NCBI GenBank assembly: GCA_043813365.1
Contig: JBDRLB010000052.1
Location: forward strand, 1 to 42,704
Direction of reading: 5' to 3'
Length of the DNA: 42,704 nucleotides
Origin: Candidatus Micrarchaeota archaeon
Lineage (GTDB): Archaea > Micrarchaeota > Micrarchaeia > Norongarragalinales > SBBD01
Under the pieces are notes generated by a model. It was not told where the DNA came from and made no database searches. It saw only the letters and a list, made by a program, of their open reading frames with translations. The translations under genes and the position numbers were made by a program. Every line of letters starts with the position of its first letter. Position 1 is the first letter of the stretch. Below, piece after piece: positions 16,320 through 24,740 of the stretch.

Positions 16320-19181
16320 ATGAATCTGCGGGAAACGCTCGAGCGCGCAAAGGCCGAGAAGAAGGCGGCTGCGAAGGAGGAAACGCCCCAAGTCGCCCCT
16401 AAGCAGGAGGAAGGCAAGCCGGAAAGGATATTGGTGGAAAGCTATAGGGACGTGCGCATCTACAAGGAGTCCTCAGAGCCGCTTTACCTTTATGAAATAC
16501 CGTCCCCCCATTTGAAAGGGGAAGAAAGGGGGCTAATCAACACGCTTTTGGAGATAACAACGGGCGTGATGTCGGAAAGGGAGAGCCAGAGCCTCAGCAA
16601 GGAGGAGGTCAAGGCGAAGTACCTCAAGAAGGTGCTCGAGATAATTGAGAACACGCCAGAGCTGAAGATCCCGATCCATGCAAAGCAGTTCTATGCGGAG
16701 GCTGTTGTGAAGGAGATGGCTGGGTATGGCATAATCGACCCATTGATCGAGGACGATATGCTCGAGGAAATCATGATCATCGGGCCGGGCAAGCCCGTTT
16801 ACGTATTCCACCGGAAATACGAGATGATGAAAACAAACATCGTTTTCTACGAGGACAAGGATTTGCTCAATTTGATAGACAAGATGGCCAGGACGGTGGG
16901 AAGGCGCATCGACATTCAGTCGCCATTGCTCGATGCCCGGCTTCCGGACGGCTCGAGGGTAAATGCGACCATCCCGCCCGCTTCGATAAACGGCGCAACC
17001 CTGACCCTTAGGAAATTCCGCAAGGATCCGTTCACCGTCATAGACCTGATAAAGTACGGCACCATGGATTTCGACATTGCCGCATTCCTTTGGGTCATTT
17101 CGGACGGATTCGGGGCGCTGCCTGCAAACATACTCGTTTCTGGAGGGACAGCTTCGGGGAAAACTTCGACCCTGAATGTGCTCGCATCATTCATCCCGAC
17201 TGATGAGAGGATCATCTCGATAGAGGACACCGCAGAATTGGCGCTTCCCCTTGATCATTGGATAAGGATGGAAACGCGGCCTGCTTCAGTGGAGAACGCC
17301 GGGGAAATATCCATGGATACGTTGGTGAAAAATTCGCTCAGGATGAGGCCCGACAGGATAGTCGTTGGGGAAATCAGGGGCCAGGAAGGATTCACGCTAT
17401 TCACTGCCATGAATACTGGGCACAGGGGGGCTGTGAAGGGAGAGGCGAGGGTGCAGCTTGCCGATGGGAATTTGCCCCGGATGGCAGATTTTGCAGGCAA
17501 ATATTTTGCAGGGAAAAAGGAGATGGAGGAGGACGGTTTCGAATTTGTTGAAACCTGCGGGGAGGAGTGCGCGATCAGCTTCAACAAAAAAACGCTTGAT
17601 CTTGAGCCTAAAAGGATAACCCGCGTTTGGAGGAAAAAAACAAAGGAGAAAATGGTTGAAATCACGTTCAAATCCGGCAAAAGAATCACGCTTACACTGG
17701 ACCACCCTACATATAAGGCGTACGAAGGGATACAGGAAATTGGGGCGGGGGACATCACGGCGGGGGATTTCTTGGGGATCCCTTCAGTTATTGAAACTGA
17801 GCCAAAAAACAACGCCATTCTATCTCCGTATTTCGCGGGGCTGGTTTATGGGGATGGCTACATAGACAGAAATGCGATACAATTCGTGAACGCAAAACCC
17901 GGGCTCGTGGATGAATTTGAATCTGAGCTTTCGAAACTGACAAAACATAAAATCACGCATCTGGATTACCCGGCATATCAAAGGGCGGAAGTATGGGATA
18001 GGGAATTGACTAAAAAATTGAAGGCTGAATACGATGTGCCTTTTGGGAACAAGACAAAAATTTTCGAACTAAATGAAAAACTGCTCACTTCGGGGAACCA
18101 GGAAATTTCGGAGTTCCTTAAGGGGATGTTCGATTGTGATGGCTGGGCAAACATTCACTCGGGTTCCGTATGCCTATCCACTTCAAACTCCGAATTTGCA
18201 AAAATTTGCCCCATGCTGCTTTCCAGGTTCGGGATAGCTAGCAGCACTTATACCGCACACAGGGACGGAAAAGGGAATGCTGGGCCGTATTTCACCATCA
18301 GCATTTATGGGAAGGAAAACCTCGAAAAATTTGGGGAAAATATCGGCTTTAGGCACAAATTGAAGATGAAAAATTTGGATGAGGTGATTTCCGCCTCAGG
18401 GCACTCGTATGATCTGGTTCCGAATCTTGCCAGAACGCTCAGGAATGCCAGGCTTGAAGCGGGCTTCACACAGGCGCAATTGGGAAAACGCATCGGGAAC
18501 ACAACAAGGTCCGTGGTTGAGGCGTATGAAACCGGCAAACGCCAGCCTACAAGAAGGATGCTCAAGAGGATAACAGAAATGCTCTCCAATAAAACTGCAA
18601 TCCAGCTGAAAATGCTTGCGGATGCAAAAATAAGGTGGGAAGAGGTCGTTTCCGTAGAAATCGGGGAACATGAAGGCTACGTTTACGATTTGACAGTTGA
18701 GGACAACCACACATACGTTGCAGACGGGATCATTGTGTCAAATTGCCTCGGAACAGTCCATGCAAATTCCGCCCACGAAACCCTAATAAGGCTGCAGAGC
18801 CCGCCGATAATGGTGCCGCCCATAATGGTGGGCGCATTGAACTTCATCATTATGCAGCACCGTTTGCACGACAGGAGGAAAGGGGTCATCAGGAGGATAA
18901 CGGAAATCGCGGAAGTGTCCCAAGATGAGACCGAGCAGCCGAAGCTGCAAATCCTTTACCAATGGGATGCCGCAAAGGACCTGATGCAGCCTACGGGCAT
19001 ACCCTCGAATTTCATCCAGATGCTCGCGACATTCACCGGCTTGAAGAAGGAGGACATTTACGAGGAGATCGAGAACCGCAAGAAGATCCTGATGGATTTG
19101 AGTGCCAGGGGGGTGCGCGACCTGGAAGAGGTGTGCAAAATCACCCAAACCTATGTCCTCAAAAAGCGCGGGAAAATCTAA
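16320..19181 (+). CDS. Type IV pilus / Tad (TadA/CpaF/KlbA-like) assembly ATPase, intein-containing
   Basis: [25 protein letters not shown], Walker [32 protein letters not shown], His box MNTGH...TVHANS split by the intein. ATG 16320 preferred over TTG 16287. Confidence 0.95.
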   Translation: MNLRETLERAKAEKKAAAKEETPQVAPKQEEGKPERILVESYRDVRIYKESSEPLYLYEIPSPHLKGEERGLINTLLEITTGVMSERESQSLSKEEVKAKYLKKVLEIIENTPELKIPIHAKQFYAEAVVKEMAGYGIIDPLIEDDMLEEIMIIGPGKPVYVFHRKYEMMKTNIVFYEDKDLLNLIDKMARTVGRRIDIQSPLLDARLPDGSRVNATIPPASINGATLTLRKFRKDPFTVIDLIKYGTMDFDIAAFLWVISDGFGALPANILVSGGTASGKTSTLNVLASFIPTDERIISIEDTAELALPLDHWIRMETRPASVENAGEISMDTLVKNSLRMRPDRIVVGEIRGQEGFTLFTAMNTGHRGAVKGEARVQLADGNLPRMADFAGKYFAGKKEMEEDGFEFVETCGEECAISFNKKTLDLEPKRITRVWRKKTKEKMVEITFKSGKRITLTLDHPTYKAYEGIQEIGAGDITAGDFLGIPSVIETEPKNNAILSPYFAGLVYGDGYIDRNAIQFVNAKPGLVDEFESELSKLTKHKITHLDYPAYQRAEVWDRELTKKLKAEYDVPFGNKTKIFELNEKLLTSGNQEISEFLKGMFDCDGWANIHSGSVCLSTSNSEFAKICPMLLSRFGIASSTYTAHRDGKGNAGPYFTISIYGKENLEKFGENIGFRHKLKMKNLDEVISASGHSYDLVPNLARTLRNARLEAGFTQAQLGKRIGNTTRSVVEAYETGKRQPTRRMLKRITEMLSNKTAIQLKMLADAKIRWEEVVSVEIGEHEGYVYDLTVEDNHTYVADGIIVSNCLGTVHANSAHETLIRLQSPPIMVPPIMVGALNFIIMQHRLHDRRKGVIRRITEIAEVSQDETEQPKLQILYQWDAAKDLMQPTGIPSNFIQMLATFTGLKKEDIYEEIENRKKILMDLSARGVRDLEEVCKITQTYVLKKRGKI
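17430..18743 (+). mobile_element. Class 2 (Ala1, KlbA-type) intein, 438 aa, with LAGLIDADG homing endonuclease and XRE-type HTH
   Basis: Junctions [13 protein letters not shown] and [13 protein letters not shown]; block B TLDHP; block F VYDLTV; endonuclease motifs FAGLVYGDG and [10 protein letters not shown]. Confidence 0.93.
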
Positions 19182-19376
19182 TCCGATTCCTGTTTCTTAA
19201 AAAAAACCGCTAGAGGAAAGCGGAGCAGGCTTCATGTCCAAGGAAGAGTTTTTTTCACAAAGGGGGTTTGGGCATTTGACCAAACTAAGGGGGAAATGCG
19301 TGCCCCCTCGGGTTGGTCGTTGGGAAAGAATATTAAATAGGGTCAAAGTAATGAATTCATTTTAAAGGTAGGAATT

Positions 19377-20522
19377 ATGGCAGATGAAGAGAAGACCAGC
19401 AAGCTCTCGAACCTAAAGGAGCAGATCGAGAAAACCGAGGTATCGAAGGAGGAGAAGCCGGTTGACATCAAGGAACGGGATGTAAATGAAATAATCCGCA
19501 GGCTGAAGGAGAAGGAGGAAAAGCCGGTAATTACGAACATCAATGAGCGCATCGTGAACATCAAGGAACGGGTGGAGGGCTCCGGAGGCGCGATAAAATT
19601 CGGGATGCGCGACCTCTCCGTGATGCAAGCGGACATTTCCACGATGTCAACCAAAGGGCTTACGCTGATCGGCGGGGTTTACAACTATTTCCGCGGACCG
19701 CTAACTTCACTTACAAACATGATCGCAAGCATCCCTCTCTCCCAGGGATTGAAGGAAAATCTCGAATCCGCAGGGATCAAGTGGTCGCCCGAGGAATACC
19801 TGGTTATCATTTCAACTGCCGCAACGCTTGTGTTCGTCATCGTGCTGATGCTTTTCGGGAGTATTTCTGGCGGCCTCGGAGATGTTTCCCTCCTTGCGCT
19901 CTCGCCGTTCATTGCCATAATCGCATTCATGACTACCCTTATAATCGGGTTCATCTACCCGTCGGCAATGGCGAACGAACGCGCCTCGAAATTGAACCGC
20001 GAGCTTCCTTTTGCGTTAAGGCAGCTTGCAACCCAGGTGAAGGCGGGAGTAAGCTTCCACAAGGCTATGAATTCCATTGTAAATTCAAGGTACGGCGCAT
20101 TGAGCGAAGAATTCAAGAAGGTTTTGAATGACATAGACAAGGGAAGCAGCACGGAGCAGGCTTTGCTGAAGCTGGCTGCAAGGACGAAGAGCCGTGGGCT
20201 GAAGAAGGCGATCGTGCAAATATTGCGGGCATTGAAGAGCGGAGGCAACCTTTCCGAAACAATAACGGCAATTGCGGATGATGTGTCCTTCGAATTGAGG
20301 ATGAAGGTCAGGGATTTCACGGAGAAGCTGAATTTCATTTCCGTCATCTACATCATGATCGGGGTTGTTGGGCCGGTAGTGATGGTGATATTGTCCTCAA
20401 TTGCACAGCTGCCCCTCATAGGCGGGAATTTCCCGTTCGAATATATAGTACTGGCATTCTTGGGGATTACTGTAGTCATGATAATGCTGCTGTTCATAAT
20501 CAAGCGCATGGAACCGGCGTGA
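19377..20522 (+). CDS. Type II secretion system F-family (TadB/TadC/ArlJ-like) platform protein
   Basis: ELPFALRQLA..VKAG, YGALSEEF, ALKSGGNL, multiple TM helices; follows the ATPase. Confidence 0.9.
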   Translation: MADEEKTSKLSNLKEQIEKTEVSKEEKPVDIKERDVNEIIRRLKEKEEKPVITNINERIVNIKERVEGSGGAIKFGMRDLSVMQADISTMSTKGLTLIGGVYNYFRGPLTSLTNMIASIPLSQGLKENLESAGIKWSPEEYLVIISTAATLVFVIVLMLFGSISGGLGDVSLLALSPFIAIIAFMTTLIIGFIYPSAMANERASKLNRELPFALRQLATQVKAGVSFHKAMNSIVNSRYGALSEEFKKVLNDIDKGSSTEQALLKLAARTKSRGLKKAIVQILRALKSGGNLSETITAIADDVSFELRMKVRDFTEKLNFISVIYIMIGVVGPVVMVILSSIAQLPLIGGNFPFEYIVLAFLGITVVMIMLLFIIKRMEPA

Positions 20523-20526
20523 TAAA

Positions 20527-21423
20527 ATGGCATTAAGAGAGCAATACGAAAAGATGCGGAGGTATTACAACGCTGTAGGGATACGCCTGCCGTTCCCGGC
20601 ATTCATTGCAGGGATATTCATACTTTCCGTGTTCGCTGGCATCTCGCTTTTCGTATTCTTCAATGATTTGCTTACCGCATTCATCGGCTTTGTCGCATTC
20701 CTTACGCTTGCCATTGTCGTTCCAGTGAGCATACGGAGCCAGCGTGTTGAGAATGTCGAAACTAACCTTCCGGATGCGCTGAAACACATGGCCGCAATCC
20801 TCCGCGCAGGCGGCACTACTGAGGATGCCCTTGAAGAAGTGGGCAATTCCGATTACGGCCCGCTCAGCGCGGACATCAAGCAGGGGCTGCTGGAATTGAA
20901 GGAAGGGAAACCCTTCGACGAGGTGCTGCAGGATATTGCTTTGCAAACAGGGTCTCCGCTTTTCAGGAGAACTGTAACCATTATCGTGGACGCGAAGCGC
21001 GCCGGCGCCGGGCTTGCGGACGTCATGGAATCAATTGCGGATGACGCGCGTGACATGATTCGCATCCAGAGGGAACGTGCCTCCAGGACGACGATGCCGG
21101 TGCTGTTCCTATACATTTCATCCCTTGCACTTGCGCCCTTCATATTCGGATTCACGCTTACTATAGTGTGCTTCATCGGAAGCGGCATGACAACCGCGCT
21201 TGGCGGGGCAGGGCTCGAAATAGGCAATCTGAAGGCGCTAGTCGTAATATTCATCGGCATCCAGTCCACCATTGCAATAATGGCAATAGGCATCATCAAG
21301 GAGGGAAGGCCGATCAAGTACCTGCCGCGCGTGCCATTCATGATCCTGATCTCGCTGATCGTTTACAATATGGGCCTTATCATCGGCGGGTTGCTTATAG
21401 GGAGCAGCGTGCAGTGCAATTGA
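20527..21423 (+). CDS. Second T2SSF-family platform protein
   Basis: VETNLPDALKHMA..LRAG, DYGPLS, AKRAGAGLADVM, TM helices; 4 nt after the previous gene. Confidence 0.9.
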   Translation: MALREQYEKMRRYYNAVGIRLPFPAFIAGIFILSVFAGISLFVFFNDLLTAFIGFVAFLTLAIVVPVSIRSQRVENVETNLPDALKHMAAILRAGGTTEDALEEVGNSDYGPLSADIKQGLLELKEGKPFDEVLQDIALQTGSPLFRRTVTIIVDAKRAGAGLADVMESIADDARDMIRIQRERASRTTMPVLFLYISSLALAPFIFGFTLTIVCFIGSGMTTALGGAGLEIGNLKALVVIFIGIQSTIAIMAIGIIKEGRPIKYLPRVPFMILISLIVYNMGLIIGGLLIGSSVQCN

Positions 21424-21453
21424 ATTGGGAAAGGGAGAGGCATGGCTGCGCAG

Positions 21454-21468
21454 GATAAATATTTAAAT
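21454..21468 (+). promoter_or_regulatory. BRE-TATA promoter for the mini-pilin (GATAAATATTTAAAT)
   Basis: TATA ends 23 nt before ATG 21492, compatible with a leaderless transcript. Confidence 0.55.
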
Positions 21469-21491
21469 GCCGGAACAGTAGTATGATCAGT

Positions 21492-21605
21492 ATGGAAAGG
21501 AAAGCGCGTGCTCAAACGGCAATAGAATACCTGCTTCTAGTGGGAACTGCGGTAGTTTTCGTCACCATAGTAGCGTACTTCATCAAGACGGCGCTCAATA
21601 AGTGA
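21492..21605 (+). CDS. 37-aa class III signal-peptide mini-pilin (not in the ORF track)
   Basis: Manual translation MERKARA/QTAIEYLLLVGTAVVFVTIVAYFIKTALNK*; [RK][GA]/QxxxEY prepilin motif; alternative in-frame ATG at 21483. Confidence 0.85.
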   Translation: MERKARAQTAIEYLLLVGTAVVFVTIVAYFIKTALNK

Positions 21606-21686
21606 AGGGGTAAAATCTGATTAAAGGAAAACGATTATATCGTTTAGGGCGGATTAGTTTAGGGCAATCGGGGTAGATCCGACTTT

Positions 21687-22802
21687 ATGGCAAAAGATTA
21701 TTACGAGATTTTAGGCGTGCCGCGAAGTGCGGGCAAGGAGCAGATCAAGGATGCATACAGGAAGCTCGCGATGAAATGGCATCCGGATGTAAGCAAGGAG
21801 AAGGAAGCGGAGGCAAGGTTCAAGGAAATTTCGGAGGCATATGCGGTGCTGAGCGACGAGGGGAAAAAGCAGCAATATGATGCATACGGCTCCACTGATT
21901 TCTCTAGGAGGTACACGCAGGAGGATATTTTCAGGAACACGGATTTCGAGACCATATTCAGGACCATGGGCTTCGGGGGCGGCGCTTTCGGGGATGATTT
22001 TTCGGACCTTTTCGGCAGGATGTTCTTCGGCGGGGAAGGGGGGCGCAGAGGGCATGGCGAGGACCTCCAATACGAGATCGGAGTTTCCCTGCAGGATGCT
22101 GCAAATGGTGTTGAAAGGGAATTCACAATCCCGAGGATGGCGAAATGCGAGCATTGCAAGGGAAGCGGAAGCGGGGATGGGAAAAGGAGCGAATGCGGCA
22201 CTTGCAGAGGAAGCGGGCAGGTAAGGAACGTCCGGCAAAGCGGCTTTTCGCAGTTCATCAGCATCATGCCTTGCAGGAATTGCGGCGGAAGCGGAAAAGT
22301 CATAACGGATCCATGCAAGGCATGCAAGGGAAGCGGCAGGGTGAAAGCGGACGAGACGCTGAAGGTGCACATTCCAAAGGGTGCTTACGATGGGTTTGCG
22401 ATGCGGCTGAAAGGGAAGGGGAATTACTCCGAAGGTCATGAGGGCGACCTGTATTTGGTGATTTCAATTGCACGCCAGAAAACTTTCAGGCGGGAAGGAG
22501 GCGACCTGCATTGCGAAGCGGAGGTGCCTTTTGCAGTTGCGGCATTGGGCGGCGAGATTGAGGTGCCGGGCATCGACGGGAAAATCAGCCTGAAAATCCC
22601 GCCTGGAACGCAGCCGGGCAAAATATTCCGGCTTCATGGGAAGGGAGTGTATGATTTGCGCACCCGGGAAACTGGGGACGAATATGTGAGGGTAAACATA
22701 ATTGTTCCGGAAAAGCTATCAAAAAGGCAGAGGGAACTGCTTGAGGAGTTCGAGAAGGAAAATAAAAAGGAGAGGGGATTTTTCGGCAAGATATTCAGAT
22801 GA
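21687..22802 (+). CDS. dnaJ: Molecular chaperone DnaJ (class A)
   Basis: KDYYEILGV, HPD, G/F-rich region, four CxxCxGxG motifs, C-terminal domain (IPPGTQ, GD.YV). Confidence 0.97.
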   Translation: MAKDYYEILGVPRSAGKEQIKDAYRKLAMKWHPDVSKEKEAEARFKEISEAYAVLSDEGKKQQYDAYGSTDFSRRYTQEDIFRNTDFETIFRTMGFGGGAFGDDFSDLFGRMFFGGEGGRRGHGEDLQYEIGVSLQDAANGVEREFTIPRMAKCEHCKGSGSGDGKRSECGTCRGSGQVRNVRQSGFSQFISIMPCRNCGGSGKVITDPCKACKGSGRVKADETLKVHIPKGAYDGFAMRLKGKGNYSEGHEGDLYLVISIARQKTFRREGGDLHCEAEVPFAVAALGGEIEVPGIDGKISLKIPPGTQPGKIFRLHGKGVYDLRTRETGDEYVRVNIIVPEKLSKRQRELLEEFEKENKKERGFFGKIFR

Positions 22803-22832
22803 AAATGATAAGATGGGGGCAAATAGGGTGCT

Positions 22833-24686
22833 TTAGCGTTTTTTGCCGTGCTTCTTCGATGGAGCAGCTGATTTTGCCGCCTTCTTTGGGGCGGAAGGCA
22901 GCTTCACCATCTTTTGCGGTTTTTCCTCCTCGGAATCAAACAGGCTGTTCCCCTTCATAAGGTGCAGGGGCTCCTCTTCGAACAGCGGCTTTACACTCGG
23001 CAGCTCCTTCCTGATTTTTTCAATTTTCTTGTGCACGGAGTCGTTGGTGAAAGGCACGGGCTTATTGCGCACCTTGATTTCCGGCTGGGGCATGTCTTTC
23101 ATTGCACCCTTATTATTTTCTTTTTTGGGTTTTGCCGCCTTTGTTTTTTCGGCCTTTTTCTGGGCAATGCCTTTTTCGGGTTTTTTAACTTCCTTTTTGG
23201 GTTCGCGGTCGTCGGAGATTGTTTTGAGCGCGGCCTTCATCTCCATGAGCTTCGAATGGAGCCGCTGCAGCTTTGCCTCGGTTGAAAGCGTCTTGATGAT
23301 TTCCTTCTTCGCGTCCTCAAAAGTGGGCTCCGGCTCGGCTGCTGGCTGTTCGATTTTCTTCGGATCATCACGGTGCTCTATCACTACGAATGACTTGTCT
23401 CCCGAGGGTATTGACGATTCCGCGCCCTCATTCATACCTGCGCGCTTCTTTACAATCTTTTGCATCTGCGGGGATATCTTTTGGATCGCAGGCGGTTCCT
23501 CAGCGATGTCGCTTTCCGAATAAGAGGGTCCGGGTATTTCGTTCCTCTCCTGCGCTTTGGGCTGCTCCATAATTTGGGACTTCGCAATCGGGTTCGCTGG
23601 CTTTAGAATTGGCTTCTCAGCTGAAGGCATCTGGGGTTTTTGCGGCATGTTGGAAGGAGGTTTTTTGCCCCGGATTATGCTGGAGAGCCTCGATCGGACG
23701 TCATCCTCCGGTTCGGCTTCCGCAATGGGTGCCTCCGCATTTTCCACTTCGTCATATTGTGAAAGCTTCTGCTCAAAATTCTCTATCTCCTGTGTAACCG
23801 AAGGCTGGTTTTCCATCTCGATCGCGCTCGCCATTGCAGGGTCTTCCGCAATTCTTTCAATGGAGGTCTCAATTGCCTCCGCACTGTCCGCCTGCCCGAC
23901 CTTTTCCTCGAGAATTGCAATGGGCGGCTTGTTCGACCTGAAAGGCTGGGGGAGGAACCTATCCGTTGCAAGCCTCAGGCGCTTGAGGATGCCCGGCTTC
24001 TTGACGGGCTTATCGGCTGCGATTATTTCCTCCGCCTGTTGGGGAATTGCTTCGGCTGCAATCCGCATCGGCATTTTTGAGGGAGGCATCTCCTTCTTGC
24101 TGGGTTCCTGCTCGGCCCTTTGGTGCATTGCAGGATGGATGGGCTTCACTTTCGCCTCCTCTTCCTGCCAATCCCTTTCCGGGGAGAGCTGATCGGATTC
24201 GAAACGAGATTCCATGGAAGGCTGTGGCTTCCAGTCGTAATTGAAGCTTTTCATGCCGCTTGTCTTGAAGTTTGATTGCGCAAGCCCCTGGAAATATTTC
24301 TTGTTCACGGTTTCCTTCAGGGATTTTTGCGCCTGCCTAAGTTCCCGGAGGGCGGAATTTATCTCCCTCCGCTCCTTATCAATTGTTTCCTCCTCCGCTT
24401 TGAGCAGCTGGACGTTCCGCTTGTGGGAATTCTGGCGCGCCTCAAGCTCGGAGAGCGCCCTTACGACTGTTGCCTGCTCCTGCAATATTTCCTGCATAGC
24501 TGATTCGAGGTATGTCCGCTGCGAATCCAGCCGCTCCATTTCGCTTTCAACGTCATCACGGACCTTCTCGAGTTCCGTGTCGATTTGCAGCGACTTGCGC
24601 CTTATTGCGACAACGGCCCGCTCTGCGTTTTTCGCCTCAAGATCCAGCTCCAGCAGGCCCTTCAGACGAGGTTTCGGAATCTCCAT
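22833..24686 (-). CDS. Hypothetical protein: N-terminal coiled coil plus long P/E/K-rich low-complexity region
   Basis: 617-aa ORF, GGGGGATGA SD-like motif upstream, heptad pattern in the first ~130 aa, no TM or signal peptide. Confidence 0.8.
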   Translation of the reverse strand: MEIPKPRLKGLLELDLEAKNAERAVVAIRRKSLQIDTELEKVRDDVESEMERLDSQRTYLESAMQEILQEQATVVRALSELEARQNSHKRNVQLLKAEEETIDKERREINSALRELRQAQKSLKETVNKKYFQGLAQSNFKTSGMKSFNYDWKPQPSMESRFESDQLSPERDWQEEEAKVKPIHPAMHQRAEQEPSKKEMPPSKMPMRIAAEAIPQQAEEIIAADKPVKKPGILKRLRLATDRFLPQPFRSNKPPIAILEEKVGQADSAEAIETSIERIAEDPAMASAIEMENQPSVTQEIENFEQKLSQYDEVENAEAPIAEAEPEDDVRSRLSSIIRGKKPPSNMPQKPQMPSAEKPILKPANPIAKSQIMEQPKAQERNEIPGPSYSESDIAEEPPAIQKISPQMQKIVKKRAGMNEGAESSIPSGDKSFVVIEHRDDPKKIEQPAAEPEPTFEDAKKEIIKTLSTEAKLQRLHSKLMEMKAALKTISDDREPKKEVKKPEKGIAQKKAEKTKAAKPKKENNKGAMKDMPQPEIKVRNKPVPFTNDSVHKKIEKIRKELPSVKPLFEEEPLHLMKGNSLFDSEEEKPQKMVKLPSAPKKAAKSAAPSKKHGKKR

Positions 24687-24740
24687 TTCATCCCCCCATA
24701 AAATTTCCCAAAGAGTCCATCAAATAAAATTGTCCCAAAT

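Noticed and set aside
16320..21423. Archaellum (ArlI/ArlJ) operon
   Set aside because: No archaellin, ArlH, ArlF or ArlG is present; two separate T2SSF genes and TadA/KlbA-like motifs fit a pilus system better.
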